Shown here: piece after piece, positions 39,957 through 48,850 of the stretch
Layout: each line of letters begins with the position of its first letter
How positions within the stretch are numbered: the stretch's first letter is position 1
Origin: Chthoniobacterales bacterium
GTDB taxonomy: Bacteria; Verrucomicrobiota; Verrucomicrobiia; Chthoniobacterales; Chthoniobacteraceae
DNA: 64,000 nt
Reading direction: 5' to 3'
NCBI GenBank assembly: GCA_038207335.1
Contig: JBBQZX010000017.1
Location: forward strand, 32,001 to 96,000
Translations under genes and position numbers: made by a program
Notes under the pieces: model-generated
Seen by the model: only the letters and a program-made list of their open reading frames with translations
Told to the model about the DNA's origin: nothing
The model's database searches: none

Positions 39957-40922
39957 ATGCTCCCCGAGCGTCTCGAACTGAAGATTTTCGCCGGCTCCGC
40001 GCACCTTGAACTTGCGCGGCGCATCTGCGCGTTCGTGGGCGTCCCGCTCGGCGATGCCACGGTCACGTCGTTTCCCGATGGCGAGACCTACGTGAAATTC
40101 AACGAGAACATCCGCGGGCGTGATGTCTTCATCGTCCAGCCGACCTGCCCGCCGACGAATCAAAACCTGATGGAACTGCTCATCATGGTCGATGCGGCGC
40201 GGCGGGCTAGCGCGGCGCGGATCACCGCGGTCATGCCATTTTTCGGATACGCGCGGCAGGATCGGAAAGATCAGCCCCGCGTGCCAATCACCGCAAAGCT
40301 CGTGGCAAATCTCCTCACAGCCGCCGGCGTCAGCCGCGTGCTCACGATGGACCTCCACGCGCAGCAGGTTGCCGGCTTTTTCGACATCCCGGTCGATCAC
40401 CTCTACGCGGCGCCTGTGCTCATCCGCTACATCCGCGAGAAAAAATTCGACAACCTGATCGTCGTCTCGCCGGATGTCGGTGGCTTGAAAATGGCGTCCG
40501 CATATTCCCAAGCGCTCGGCACTGAACTCGCGATCGTCGCCAAGCGCCGCATCAGCCCGACGGAGATCGAGGCGATGAATGTGATCGGCGAGGTGGAAGG
40601 GCGCGATGTCCTGCTCGTCGATGATCTTACCGAGACCGCCGGCACACTCACCAGCGCCGCGAAGATTCTGAAGGAACGCGGCGCAAAAAACGTCATTGCA
40701 GCCGTCTCTCACGCTGTGCTTGCCGACCTCGCGATCGAGCGCCTGCGCGACTCCGCGCTCAGCGAGCTCATCACTACAAACAGCGTCCCCGTCCGCGATG
40801 GCGAAGGTTTTCCCATCACCGAGCTGTGCATCGCCGAACTGCTTGGCGAGGGCATCAAGCGCATCCACAACGACGAATCCGTCTCATCTCTCTTCAAAAT
40901 CAGCGAAACAGAACGAATCTAA
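39957..40922 (+). CDS. prs: Ribose-phosphate pyrophosphokinase
   Basis: FPDGE, YARQDRK, MDLHA.Q..GFF, VSPDVGG, LVDD..TAGT. Confidence 0.97.
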   Translation: MLPERLELKIFAGSAHLELARRICAFVGVPLGDATVTSFPDGETYVKFNENIRGRDVFIVQPTCPPTNQNLMELLIMVDAARRASAARITAVMPFFGYARQDRKDQPRVPITAKLVANLLTAAGVSRVLTMDLHAQQVAGFFDIPVDHLYAAPVLIRYIREKKFDNLIVVSPDVGGLKMASAYSQALGTELAIVAKRRISPTEIEAMNVIGEVEGRDVLLVDDLTETAGTLTSAAKILKERGAKNVIAAVSHAVLADLAIERLRDSALSELITTNSVPVRDGEGFPITELCIAELLGEGIKRIHNDESVSSLFKISETERI

Positions 40923-40924
40923 AT

Positions 40925-41584
40925 ATGGCCAAACAAATCAAACTATCCGCGCAGACTCGCACCCAGATCGGGCGCACTGCAGTCAAGAAAATCAAAAGCC
41001 AAGGGCTCGTACCCGCCGTCATTTATGGCGGAAAAGATCAGCCGCAACCGCTGCAGCTCGTCGGGCGTGAAATCAACCGCGTCCTCAGCCACGCGGTCGG
41101 CGAGCACGTTCTCGTCGAGCTCGAAATTTCCGACAACAGCGCCATCACAAACCGCCTCGCGCTCATCAAGGAAGTGCAGCACGGCGCAGTCTCGCGCGAA
41201 ATCCTGCACGTCGATTTCCATGCGGTGAATGCGAACGAAGTCCTGCATGCCGAAGTGCCCGTCGAGACCACCGGCGAGGCGGACGGCGTCAAGAACAACG
41301 GCGGCGTCCTCGAAATCAACCTGCACTCGCTCGAAGTCGAGTGTCTGCCGAAAGACCTACCCGAAATGATCACGATCGACGTCACGGCACTGAAGGTCGG
41401 CGACGCGATTCACGTCCAAGATCTCCAGCTCCCCGCGGGCGTCACCGTCCGGGCAAATCCCGAGCTCACCGTGGTCCACATCGCCGCTCCGAAAGTCGAA
41501 GTCGAGCCCGCCGCGGGCGAAGCCACCCCGCAGCCCGAAGTGCTCAAGGAGAAGAAGGAAGACGCCGCGCCCGAGAAGAAGTAA
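40925..41584 (+). CDS. rplY: 50S ribosomal protein L25/Ctc
   Basis: G.VPAVIYG, LHVDF, GVKNNGG.L, PEV..EKK tail; prs-rplY-pth synteny. Confidence 0.95.
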   Translation: MAKQIKLSAQTRTQIGRTAVKKIKSQGLVPAVIYGGKDQPQPLQLVGREINRVLSHAVGEHVLVELEISDNSAITNRLALIKEVQHGAVSREILHVDFHAVNANEVLHAEVPVETTGEADGVKNNGGVLEINLHSLEVECLPKDLPEMITIDVTALKVGDAIHVQDLQLPAGVTVRANPELTVVHIAAPKVEVEPAAGEATPQPEVLKEKKEDAAPEKK

Positions 41585-41586
41585 CG

Positions 41587-41646
41587 CAGCGTCGCGCGGG
41601 AGCATTCGATTTATGGAAACCCGGATCGGACTGCTCCCGCTCGCTG
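41587..41646 (+). other. Long intergenic RNA hairpin between rplY and pth
   Basis: GCGGGAGCA-TTCGAT...GGAAAC...ATCGGA-C-TGCTCCCGC pairing; no U-tract. Confidence 0.55.
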
Positions 41647-41683
41647 TCGAAAATCGCGCGCCCCGCCGGCACGAATTCGCCCC

Positions 41684-42235
41684 GTGCAATTTCGCCTCAT
41701 CGTCGGCTTGGGAAATCCCGGGCGCGAATACCGCGACACACGCCACAATGTCGGCTTCATGATCGCAGACCGCCTCGCCGCCGCCGCCCGCGCGGAGTTC
41801 AAACACGAGAAATCGTGGCAGTGCGACCTCGCGCGCACCGGCGGCGCGATGCTCTGCAAGCCGCTTACCTACATGAATCTCAGCGGGGAAGCCGTCCGCG
41901 CCGTCTGCGATTTTTATAAAATTGAGCCTGCCGCAGTGCTCGCGATTTCCGACGACATGGCGCTCCCGCTCGGCAAGCTGCGGCTCCGCTCCGGCGGCTC
42001 CGCCGGCGGGCACAATGGCCTGAAATCCATCGCCTCGCATCTCGGCACCCAGGAGTTTCCGCGGCTCCGAATTGGCATCGGCTCCTCCACGCCCGGCGAG
42101 GCGACCGGCCACGTGCTGGGGCGATTTTCCGACGACGAGAAAGCCGCGCTCGACGACAGCCTCGCCCGCGCGATTTCCGCCATCGACTGCGCGCAGAGTG
42201 AAGGCTTTGCCGCGGCTATGAATTCCTTTAACTAA
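41684..42235 (+). CDS. pth: Peptidyl-tRNA hydrolase
   Basis: VGLGNPG..Y..TRHNVGF, KP.TYMNLSG, GGHNGLKSI, RLRIGI. Confidence 0.97.
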   Translation: MQFRLIVGLGNPGREYRDTRHNVGFMIADRLAAAARAEFKHEKSWQCDLARTGGAMLCKPLTYMNLSGEAVRAVCDFYKIEPAAVLAISDDMALPLGKLRLRSGGSAGGHNGLKSIASHLGTQEFPRLRIGIGSSTPGEATGHVLGRFSDDEKAALDDSLARAISAIDCAQSEGFAAAMNSFN

Positions 42236-42258
42236 CCAAACCAACCAAACCGAATCCC

Positions 42259-42570
42259 ATGAAAAACCGTTACGAAGGACTCCTCGTCCTCAATGTCAAA
42301 GGCAACGACGAAGGCGCAAAGGACATCATCGACCGCCTCGAAAAAGACTTCACGAAAGAAGGCGCGCAAGTGGAGCAAGTGCAGCGGATGGACCGCCGGC
42401 ATTTCTCCTACGTCGCCGGAAAGCTCGACAGCGGCTACTTCGTGAATTTCGTCTTCAACGCCGAGCCCACCTTCATCGAGCGCTTCCAAAACAAGCTCAA
42501 GCTCGACCCGGACATCTACCGCCAGCACTATCAGAAGCTCAGCGCCAAAAAATCGCCGGCCGAAAAGTAG
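42259..42570 (+). CDS. rpsF: 30S ribosomal protein S6
   Basis: RYE.L, G.V..V..M.RR.FSY, GYFV; lies upstream of ssb. Confidence 0.88.
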   Translation: MKNRYEGLLVLNVKGNDEGAKDIIDRLEKDFTKEGAQVEQVQRMDRRHFSYVAGKLDSGYFVNFVFNAEPTFIERFQNKLKLDPDIYRQHYQKLSAKKSPAEK

Positions 42571-42603
42571 GCGCCCGCCACAACCCCAACAGACCCGCGC
42601 GCT

Positions 42604-43110
42604 ATGCCGAATCTGAACAAAGTGATGCTGATGGGGAATCTCACCCGCGACCCCGAGATCAAATACACGCCGAAAGGCACAGCCATCGCGAGTTTCGGCC
42701 TCGCCGTGAATCGCAAATACTCGACCGACGGCGGAGAGAAGCGCGAAGAAGTGACCTTCATCGACCTCGACGCGTTTGGCCGTACTGCGGAGGTCATCGG
42801 CGAGTATTTCAAAAAGGGCCGCCCGATCTACGTTGAAGGTCGGCTGAAGCTTGACACATGGGACGACAAGCAGACGGGGCAAAAAAAGAGCAAGCTGCGC
42901 GTGGTGGTGGACAGCTTCGAATTTCTCGGCGGCCGTGAGGACGGCGGCGGAGGTGGGAGCAGCAACGCCGCCGGCGAACGCGAATATAGCGAAAGCCGGC
43001 AGAGCGAGAGCCGGCCTGCGGCGCGTCCGGCAAGCCGCCCGGCAGCTCCCCCGCCCCGCCCACCAGCCGACCCCGACCTCGACGCGTCGGACGACGACAT
43101 CCCGTTCTAA
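42604..43110 (+). CDS. ssb: Single-stranded DNA-binding protein
   Basis: NKVMLMGNLTRDPE, VEGRL, C-terminal DDDIPF. Confidence 0.97.
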   Translation: MPNLNKVMLMGNLTRDPEIKYTPKGTAIASFGLAVNRKYSTDGGEKREEVTFIDLDAFGRTAEVIGEYFKKGRPIYVEGRLKLDTWDDKQTGQKKSKLRVVVDSFEFLGGREDGGGGGSSNAAGEREYSESRQSESRPAARPASRPAAPPPRPPADPDLDASDDDIPF

Positions 43111-43210
43111 AAGCTCCTGCTGCAACGCCAAATATCACCGGCCCGGCCACTGCTCATCCGCAGTAAGCCGGGCCGCTTTCTTTCCGCGAAAACCTATCCG
43201 CGCAAGGCAT

Positions 43211-43290
43211 GCTGTAGCCGGGATCGCTGATCCCGATCGCTGGCCCTTCTCGGCACTCCCGCCCTACGCGATCAACGATCCGGCTACAGC
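43211..43290. repeat. REPIN-like element (two inverted GTAG-type REP units)
   Basis: GCTGTAGCCGG (43211-43221) and CCGGCTACAGC (43280-43290) are perfect inverted ends; internal CGGGATC-GCT-GATCCCG hairpin; near-identical unit at 58248-58278. Confidence 0.75.
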
Positions 43291-43293
43291 CCC

Positions 43294-44046
43294 TCACGCA
43301 AACTGCTGAAAAATCCGGCCAGCCTCCTCCAGCGTCTCCTTGCTCCCCACATCGAACCACGTCCCCGGCACCTCCCATGTCAGCACCGGCAAGCGCGGGC
43401 AGAGCCACTGCACGAAGCGCCCGGGCTGATCCGGGTTATTCCCCGCCGCGAGATACGTCGCAAATTCGGTCACGATCGCTGCCGGGTAATAATACAACGC
43501 GATCCCAATCTGCGTGCTCTTCGGCTCCGACGGCTTCTCCTCGAAACTCGTCAGCGCCCCATCCGCTCCGACCGCGACCACACCGTATTTCTTCGCCTCC
43601 TCCAACGAGCCGACATCATAGACCCCGAGCACCGGCTGCTCCTTCTCCGCACAAAATCTCCCGAAATCCTCGAGACTCTGCGAAAATAGATTGTCACCCG
43701 CGACCACGATCAGCCCCGAATTCGCGAGCCCGGCGCGCCCGATCACGAGCTGAATATCCCCTATCGCACCGAGCTTGTCCGAGTCGCTCGTCGAGCCGTC
43801 GTTCACGATCTCAAATGTCAGCTTCGGATGCGCCGCATGATAGCCGTCCGCCCACTTTTGAAAGTCCGCCGCGAATTTGCTGTTCGTCACCACATACACT
43901 TTTTCGATCCCGTCGATCGGCGCGAGATTGTCGATCACCCACTCCATCATCGGCTTTCCCGCGACATCCAGCAGGGGCTTTGCGCGATTTTGCGTGAGCG
44001 GATAGAGGCGCGTCGCATAACCCGCCGCGAGGATCAAAATGTTCAT
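43294..44046 (-). CDS. Sugar-phosphate nucleotidyltransferase (NTP_transferase family)
   Basis: ILAAGYATRLYPLT...KPLL, AGDN, FEEKP, WFDVG. Confidence 0.9.
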   Translation of the reverse strand: MNILILAAGYATRLYPLTQNRAKPLLDVAGKPMMEWVIDNLAPIDGIEKVYVVTNSKFAADFQKWADGYHAAHPKLTFEIVNDGSTSDSDKLGAIGDIQLVIGRAGLANSGLIVVAGDNLFSQSLEDFGRFCAEKEQPVLGVYDVGSLEEAKKYGVVAVGADGALTSFEEKPSEPKSTQIGIALYYYPAAIVTEFATYLAAGNNPDQPGRFVQWLCPRLPVLTWEVPGTWFDVGSKETLEEAGRIFQQFA

Positions 44047-44202
44047 CCAAGCGACTTACACGCCGTCGTCCCGGCATTCAAAACGAATCGCTGCGGCAAC
44101 CAACAAGCCACCGCCGCAGGGTCACTGAAGAATGAAATAAACCACCCATTTCGCCGATCGCCCTCCGATCTTTGCGCTTTCCGTCTCTAGCATCCTCGCT
44201 AG

Positions 44203-44216
44203 TGTTCGACAGAACA
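44203..44216 (+). promoter_or_regulatory. LexA (SOS) box TGTTC-GACA-GAACA
   Basis: Perfect palindrome matching the described Verrucomicrobia LexA motif TGTTC-N4-GAACA; its last base is the A of the lexA ATG. Confidence 0.85.
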
Positions 44217-44833
44217 TGAGCACCGTTCTCACCACGCGCCAGCAGCAGGTTCTTGACTTCATCGAGCACGCGCAGGCATCCAGCGGCGTCACGCCGACCA
44301 CGCGCGAGATTCAGGAGCACTTCGGTTTCGCCAGCCAGACAGCCGCGATGAACCACCTCCGCGCGCTCGAAAAAAAAGGCGTGATCCACCGCCGCGCGGG
44401 CAAGGCGCGCGCACTCTCCGTGGTGTCGAAATACAAGCGCGAAACCATCGTGGACATTCCGCTCTACGGGCAGATCGCGGCAGGCTACGCTGAGGTCACC
44501 GAGCAGGATAATGACGCCGTCATTTCGGTCGATACCACCACGCTCGGGCTCGGAAAAAAATCGCGCATGTTCGCGCTGAAAGTCCGCGGCGAGTCGATGA
44601 TCGACGCACAAATCAGCGACGGCGACCTAGTCATCCTCGAATCCCGCGAGCCGAAAAACGGCGACATCGTCGCCGCTCTCATTGATGGCGAGACGACGCT
44701 GAAGCGCCTCATCATTAAAGGTGGCACGGCCTACTTGAAATCCGAAAACCCGCGTTTCCCCAACCTCACGCCGAGCGAGGAACTCATCGTCCAAGGCGTT
44801 ATGGTCGCCCTCATCCGGCGATGCCGGGACTGA
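44216..44833 (+). CDS. lexA: SOS repressor LexA
   Basis: LT.RQQQVLDFI, PT.REI wHTH, IAAG cleavage site, GESM serine, TLKR lysine. Confidence 0.96.
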   Translation: MSTVLTTRQQQVLDFIEHAQASSGVTPTTREIQEHFGFASQTAAMNHLRALEKKGVIHRRAGKARALSVVSKYKRETIVDIPLYGQIAAGYAEVTEQDNDAVISVDTTTLGLGKKSRMFALKVRGESMIDAQISDGDLVILESREPKNGDIVAALIDGETTLKRLIIKGGTAYLKSENPRFPNLTPSEELIVQGVMVALIRRCRD

Positions 44834-44866
44834 ATGGTGAGCGCAGCGTGGTTCGCTGAATTCGCG

Positions 44867-46048
44867 ATGCCGCAACCTCCGGTTTTTCACCGTTCGCCCC
44901 GCATCATCCATCTCGATGCCGATGCGTTTTTCGCGTCCGTTGAGCAGGCGGAGAATCCGGCGCTGCGCGGCATAGCGATGGCCGTCGGTGGGCAGACGCG
45001 CGGCATCATCGCGAGCGCGAGCTACGAGGCGCGAAAGTGCGGCGTCTATACCCCGATGCCGACTGTGCAGGCGAAGAAACGCTGCCCTCATCTCGTTCTC
45101 GTCAGCGGCGACTTCTCGAAATATCGCACCTACTCGCGGCGCATGTTCGACCTCGCCGAGGAGTTCACGCCGATCATCGAGCGCACATCCATCGACGAGG
45201 GCTACTTCGACCTCACCGGCAACTCGCAAATCACTGCGTTGGAAGCCGCGAATCAGCTCCAGCAAAGGATCTCCGGGGCACTCGGAATCACCGTCTCGCT
45301 CGGAATCGGAACGAATAAACTCATCTCTCAAATCGCTTCGAAGCTCCGAAAACCAAACGCCATCGTCGAGGTTCCTGCCGGCACCGAGCTCGACTTTCTA
45401 GCCCCGCTCGAATGCACATGGCTTCCAGGCGTGGGCAAAAAACTCGGTGAACATCTGCGAGAGAACGGACTCCATCTCATTCCGCAAATCGCAAAAGCGC
45501 CGCTCGATTTTCTCGTGCAAGTCGCGGGAAATTTCGCGCCGCAGCTTCGCCAATTTGCACTCGGCATCGACCCGCGTCCCGTCGTCTGTGAGCACGAAGA
45601 CGCGAAGTCTTACGGGATGCAGGAAACTTTCGACGGCAACGTCACCGACCGCGCCTTCGTGCTCGAGACGCTCCACACGATGGCCGACGAGCTGATGAGT
45701 AAAGTTCGCCGCGACGCCAAGGCGATCCGCACTGTCGGCGTCCGCCTGCGCTACTCCGATTTCACCGACACCACACACGCAAAAACACTCGCCGAGTCAT
45801 CCGATCTTGAGACCGACATTTATCCCTTGCTGCCGCAACTCCTGCGCGAAACGTGGAACCGCAACGCCAGCCTGAGACTCGCGGGACTGCGATTTACAAA
45901 CATCGAAGCGCCAGCCACGCAGGCCGAATTCCAGCTCGACTCGAACGCCCGCGTCCGCACCAAACAACAAGCTGCCGCGCATCTACTCGACGAGCTGCGA
46001 GCCAAGTCGCTGCCGATCATGCGCGGCCATTCGCTCCGAAAAGAATGA
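44867..46048 (+). CDS. dinB: DNA polymerase IV (Y-family)
   Basis: IHLDADAFFASVE, ASYEAR, SIDEGY, KP, LPGVG; an alternative start exists at 44834. Confidence 0.93.
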   Translation: MPQPPVFHRSPRIIHLDADAFFASVEQAENPALRGIAMAVGGQTRGIIASASYEARKCGVYTPMPTVQAKKRCPHLVLVSGDFSKYRTYSRRMFDLAEEFTPIIERTSIDEGYFDLTGNSQITALEAANQLQQRISGALGITVSLGIGTNKLISQIASKLRKPNAIVEVPAGTELDFLAPLECTWLPGVGKKLGEHLRENGLHLIPQIAKAPLDFLVQVAGNFAPQLRQFALGIDPRPVVCEHEDAKSYGMQETFDGNVTDRAFVLETLHTMADELMSKVRRDAKAIRTVGVRLRYSDFTDTTHAKTLAESSDLETDIYPLLPQLLRETWNRNASLRLAGLRFTNIEAPATQAEFQLDSNARVRTKQQAAAHLLDELRAKSLPIMRGHSLRKE

Positions 46049-46650
46049 GCCGCGCCGCCTCCGAATTTCAGCTCCTCACACCGCGCGTCGCCTTCTGGCA
46101 AGCGTACGATTCAGCGGTGAAGACCGACCTTTCCAGCACCGCGCTCCTCACCGCGAGCGGGCTTGTTTTCATCGACCCGATCCCGCTGCAAAAATCCGCG
46201 CTCAACGAACTCACCGAAGCCGCGAAACCGGTCGCAATCGTCCTCACAAACGGCAACCATGCCCGCGCCGCAGCCGATTTTCGCGCCCGCTTTTCGATCC
46301 CCATCTGCGCACGTCCCGCCGCGATTTCTTCACTCGAAATTGCCGTCGATCGCGAACTCACTGACGCCAGCGAAATCGTCCCCGGCCTCGCGGCCATCGG
46401 CATTCCCGGCGCTGGTCCCGGCGAGATCGCGCTCCATTTTGAAAATCATCTCGTCGCCATCGGCGACGCGCTCATCAACGTCGATTCGCACGGTTTCGGC
46501 CTGCTCCCCGACAAATACTGCGCGGATGCAAAAGTGATGCGCGCGGCGCTGGGAAAACTGTTGCGGTTCGAATTTGAAATCCTGACATTCGCCCACGGTT
46601 TGCCGCTCACATCCCGCGCGCGGCAAAGACTGGAAACCCTGCTCGCATGA
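46045..46650 (+). CDS. Metallo-beta-lactamase-fold protein (degenerate metal motif)
   Basis: IDP, LTNGNHAR, PGE, IGDAL, FAHG; ATGA overlap with dinB. Confidence 0.7.
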   Translation: MSRAASEFQLLTPRVAFWQAYDSAVKTDLSSTALLTASGLVFIDPIPLQKSALNELTEAAKPVAIVLTNGNHARAAADFRARFSIPICARPAAISSLEIAVDRELTDASEIVPGLAAIGIPGAGPGEIALHFENHLVAIGDALINVDSHGFGLLPDKYCADAKVMRAALGKLLRFEFEILTFAHGLPLTSRARQRLETLLA

Positions 46651-47210
46651 AGCCTCGCCTCGCACTCGCCTTTCTCACGATCACCGCTCTCTCCGTGCCC
46701 CTGCTCGCGCAGGAAAAGCCGGGGAGAAAAACGATGGTCTTCCAGCCCGGCGCGAAAACGCCCGATGGCCAAGAAGCCCCTCCAGCACAGCCTCCGGTGG
46801 AAAAGAGCGCGTTCGATTTGAGTTCCGCCGAAGCGCCTGCGCAGTTCGCGCTGCACTTCTTCACGCAGCTCCAAAAGGGCGACATCGACGGCGCGTATGG
46901 GACGCTCACGAAGGGTTCGAAAATCTCGGAGCGCCCCGAGGAATTGAAAGCGCTGAAGTCGAAAACGCACGAGGCTATCGACGTTTTTGGCGCGGTTGTC
47001 GGATTTGAAATGGTCGAGTCGAAGAGCGTGGGCGAGCGGTTGCTGCGACGCACCTACGTCTCGCTCGGCAAAGAATTCCCGCTTCGGTGGCGGTTCTACT
47101 TTTACAAACCGGAACTCGTCTGGCGGCTCGTCGATTTGCGAGTGGATGACCGGCTCTCCGGAATGTTCGACGAGCCCGACGACTCCCGCGCGCCCGACAT
47201 CAAAAAGTGA
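46647..47210 (+). CDS. Exported hypothetical protein
   Basis: Signal peptide; FF..LQKGDIDGAY and PLRWRFYFYKP motifs; ATGA-coupled. Confidence 0.75.
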   Translation: MKPRLALAFLTITALSVPLLAQEKPGRKTMVFQPGAKTPDGQEAPPAQPPVEKSAFDLSSAEAPAQFALHFFTQLQKGDIDGAYGTLTKGSKISERPEELKALKSKTHEAIDVFGAVVGFEMVESKSVGERLLRRTYVSLGKEFPLRWRFYFYKPELVWRLVDLRVDDRLSGMFDEPDDSRAPDIKK

Positions 47211-48046
47211 TCGTCCGCGTCCTCCGGTTCATCCGGTTTTCGCACACCATCTTCGCGCTGCCATTCGCTCTCGGCGCGATGCTCGTCGCCGCGCGCGGGT
47301 TGCCACCGCTCTCAATCGTCGCCCTCATCCTGCTCGCGATGATCTTCGCCCGTACCGCCGCGATGACTTTCAACCGCCTCGCCGACTGGCGCATCGACCA
47401 GCGCAACCCGCGCACCGCCGCCCGCCACACGCTCATCTCGCACAGCGGCGCGGTCGCGCTGCTGCTGGCGAGTTCCGCCGCATTCATTGCGACGACGTGG
47501 TTCATCAATCGTCTTTGTTTCTGGCTCGCCCCCGTCGCGCTCACGATTGTCTTTTTCTACTCGCTGACAAAACGATTCACCTCACTGAGTCACTTTTTCC
47601 TCGGCCTCGCGCTTTCAGTCTCGCCCGTCGGTGCGTGGCTCGCAGTCACCGGCGCCTTCGCATTTCCGCCGCTCGTCCTCGCGCTCGCCGTGCTGCTGTG
47701 GGTCGCCGGATTCGACGTGATTTACGCGACGCAAGATCACGAGTTCGACTGCGGCGAAGGTCTCCGCTCGCTCGTCGTCGCGCTCGGCATCCCTCGCAGC
47801 CTGCGCCTCGCCGAGACGCTGCACTGGATCATGCTCGGCGTGCTCGCGGCATTCGGATGGCTCGCGAAGCTAGGCCCCATCTACTTTTCCAGCCTCGCGC
47901 TCATCGCCGGTGCGCTCATCTTCGAGCACCGCAGCGCAGAGCGCCTGGATGTCGCCGCGATCAATCTCGCCTTCTTCCAGAGCAACGCATTCGTGGGCCT
48001 CGTCTTCCTCACCGCCACCGCCCTGGACCTCGCGTTCGTCCGCTGA
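47207..48046 (+). CDS. UbiA-family prenyltransferase (4-hydroxybenzoate octaprenyltransferase/MqnP-like)
   Basis: HTIFALPFA, FNRLAD..ID..NPRT..R, YSLTKRFT, GFDVIYATQD..FD. Confidence 0.9.
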   Translation: MIVRVLRFIRFSHTIFALPFALGAMLVAARGLPPLSIVALILLAMIFARTAAMTFNRLADWRIDQRNPRTAARHTLISHSGAVALLLASSAAFIATTWFINRLCFWLAPVALTIVFFYSLTKRFTSLSHFFLGLALSVSPVGAWLAVTGAFAFPPLVLALAVLLWVAGFDVIYATQDHEFDCGEGLRSLVVALGIPRSLRLAETLHWIMLGVLAAFGWLAKLGPIYFSSLALIAGALIFEHRSAERLDVAAINLAFFQSNAFVGLVFLTATALDLAFVR

Positions 48047-48100
48047 AGCGTCGTCAGCGAACTCGCCGTGCCGCCGCAACAGGACGCGCTGGTGAATTGG

Positions 48101-48808
48101 TTATTTGAGGATTTGGAGATTCGAGAATCGCGGATTGAATTCGTCCTTCGAGGTGCTGATGGCGGCAATGCCAGCCTGAAGTTCCTTGGGCCACTCCGCC
48201 GGAATTTCCTTTGGGTCGAGAACGTCCCAAGAAATCCCATCCGCGCTCACGGCAGCCAGAAACTTTGCACCTCGTCGCTCTAGCCGCAGGAACATGGGTC
48301 CGTTTTTAGGAATCGGGTGGTCGCCAGTCATCCCGATGCGCTGAAGTTCTCCGCCAACGCGAATCTCAAAATTTGCATACGGGACGGCTTCCTCGCCTGG
48401 ATGTTGAAGGGCGGCGCGCGCCAGAGTAACGACGTTCCGATCGTCGCACACAGCCACGATCGCGGCACCGTTATAGCCCGTTCGTCCGGCTTTCGTAGAG
48501 TCGTCACCCGGTGCAAAACGGCCCTCGACTTTCACTTGGATGGTAAAGTCGCCTCGAACAGGTTGAAGCACACGCGGCGCGTTTGTGGTGCCGATGTCAG
48601 CGGCCAAATCATGGGGGCGCGAACCCGGGACGCTGATGAGCAAAGCATCTTCCGCAACGAAGAACTTGCAGTCGTGATCAGGATCGGTCGCCGTGCCCCA
48701 TCCGGGGGTTTCGCGCTTTGCTTCTCCAATCTCCGCCAAATCCTGCCCCTGCATCGGGAGGAAACCAAATCCAAGAACTGCGACGAGAGATAAAGTCACG
48801 GTTTTCAT
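48101..48808 (-). CDS. Exported DUF1349/ConA-like lectin-fold protein
   Basis: Signal peptide; NAPRVLQPVRGDFTIQVKV, FLRLERRG..F.AAVSADG..W. Confidence 0.7.
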   Translation of the reverse strand: MKTVTLSLVAVLGFGFLPMQGQDLAEIGEAKRETPGWGTATDPDHDCKFFVAEDALLISVPGSRPHDLAADIGTTNAPRVLQPVRGDFTIQVKVEGRFAPGDDSTKAGRTGYNGAAIVAVCDDRNVVTLARAALQHPGEEAVPYANFEIRVGGELQRIGMTGDHPIPKNGPMFLRLERRGAKFLAAVSADGISWDVLDPKEIPAEWPKELQAGIAAISTSKDEFNPRFSNLQILK

Positions 48809-48850
48809 TTCGTTGAGAGTGGGCCTGGGGAGTCGCCGAACAAAGCCCTT

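Noticed and set aside
48101..48808. DUF1349-like gene as a mobile insertion
   Set aside because: Composition looks slightly different, but no terminal repeats, target duplication or recombinase are visible.
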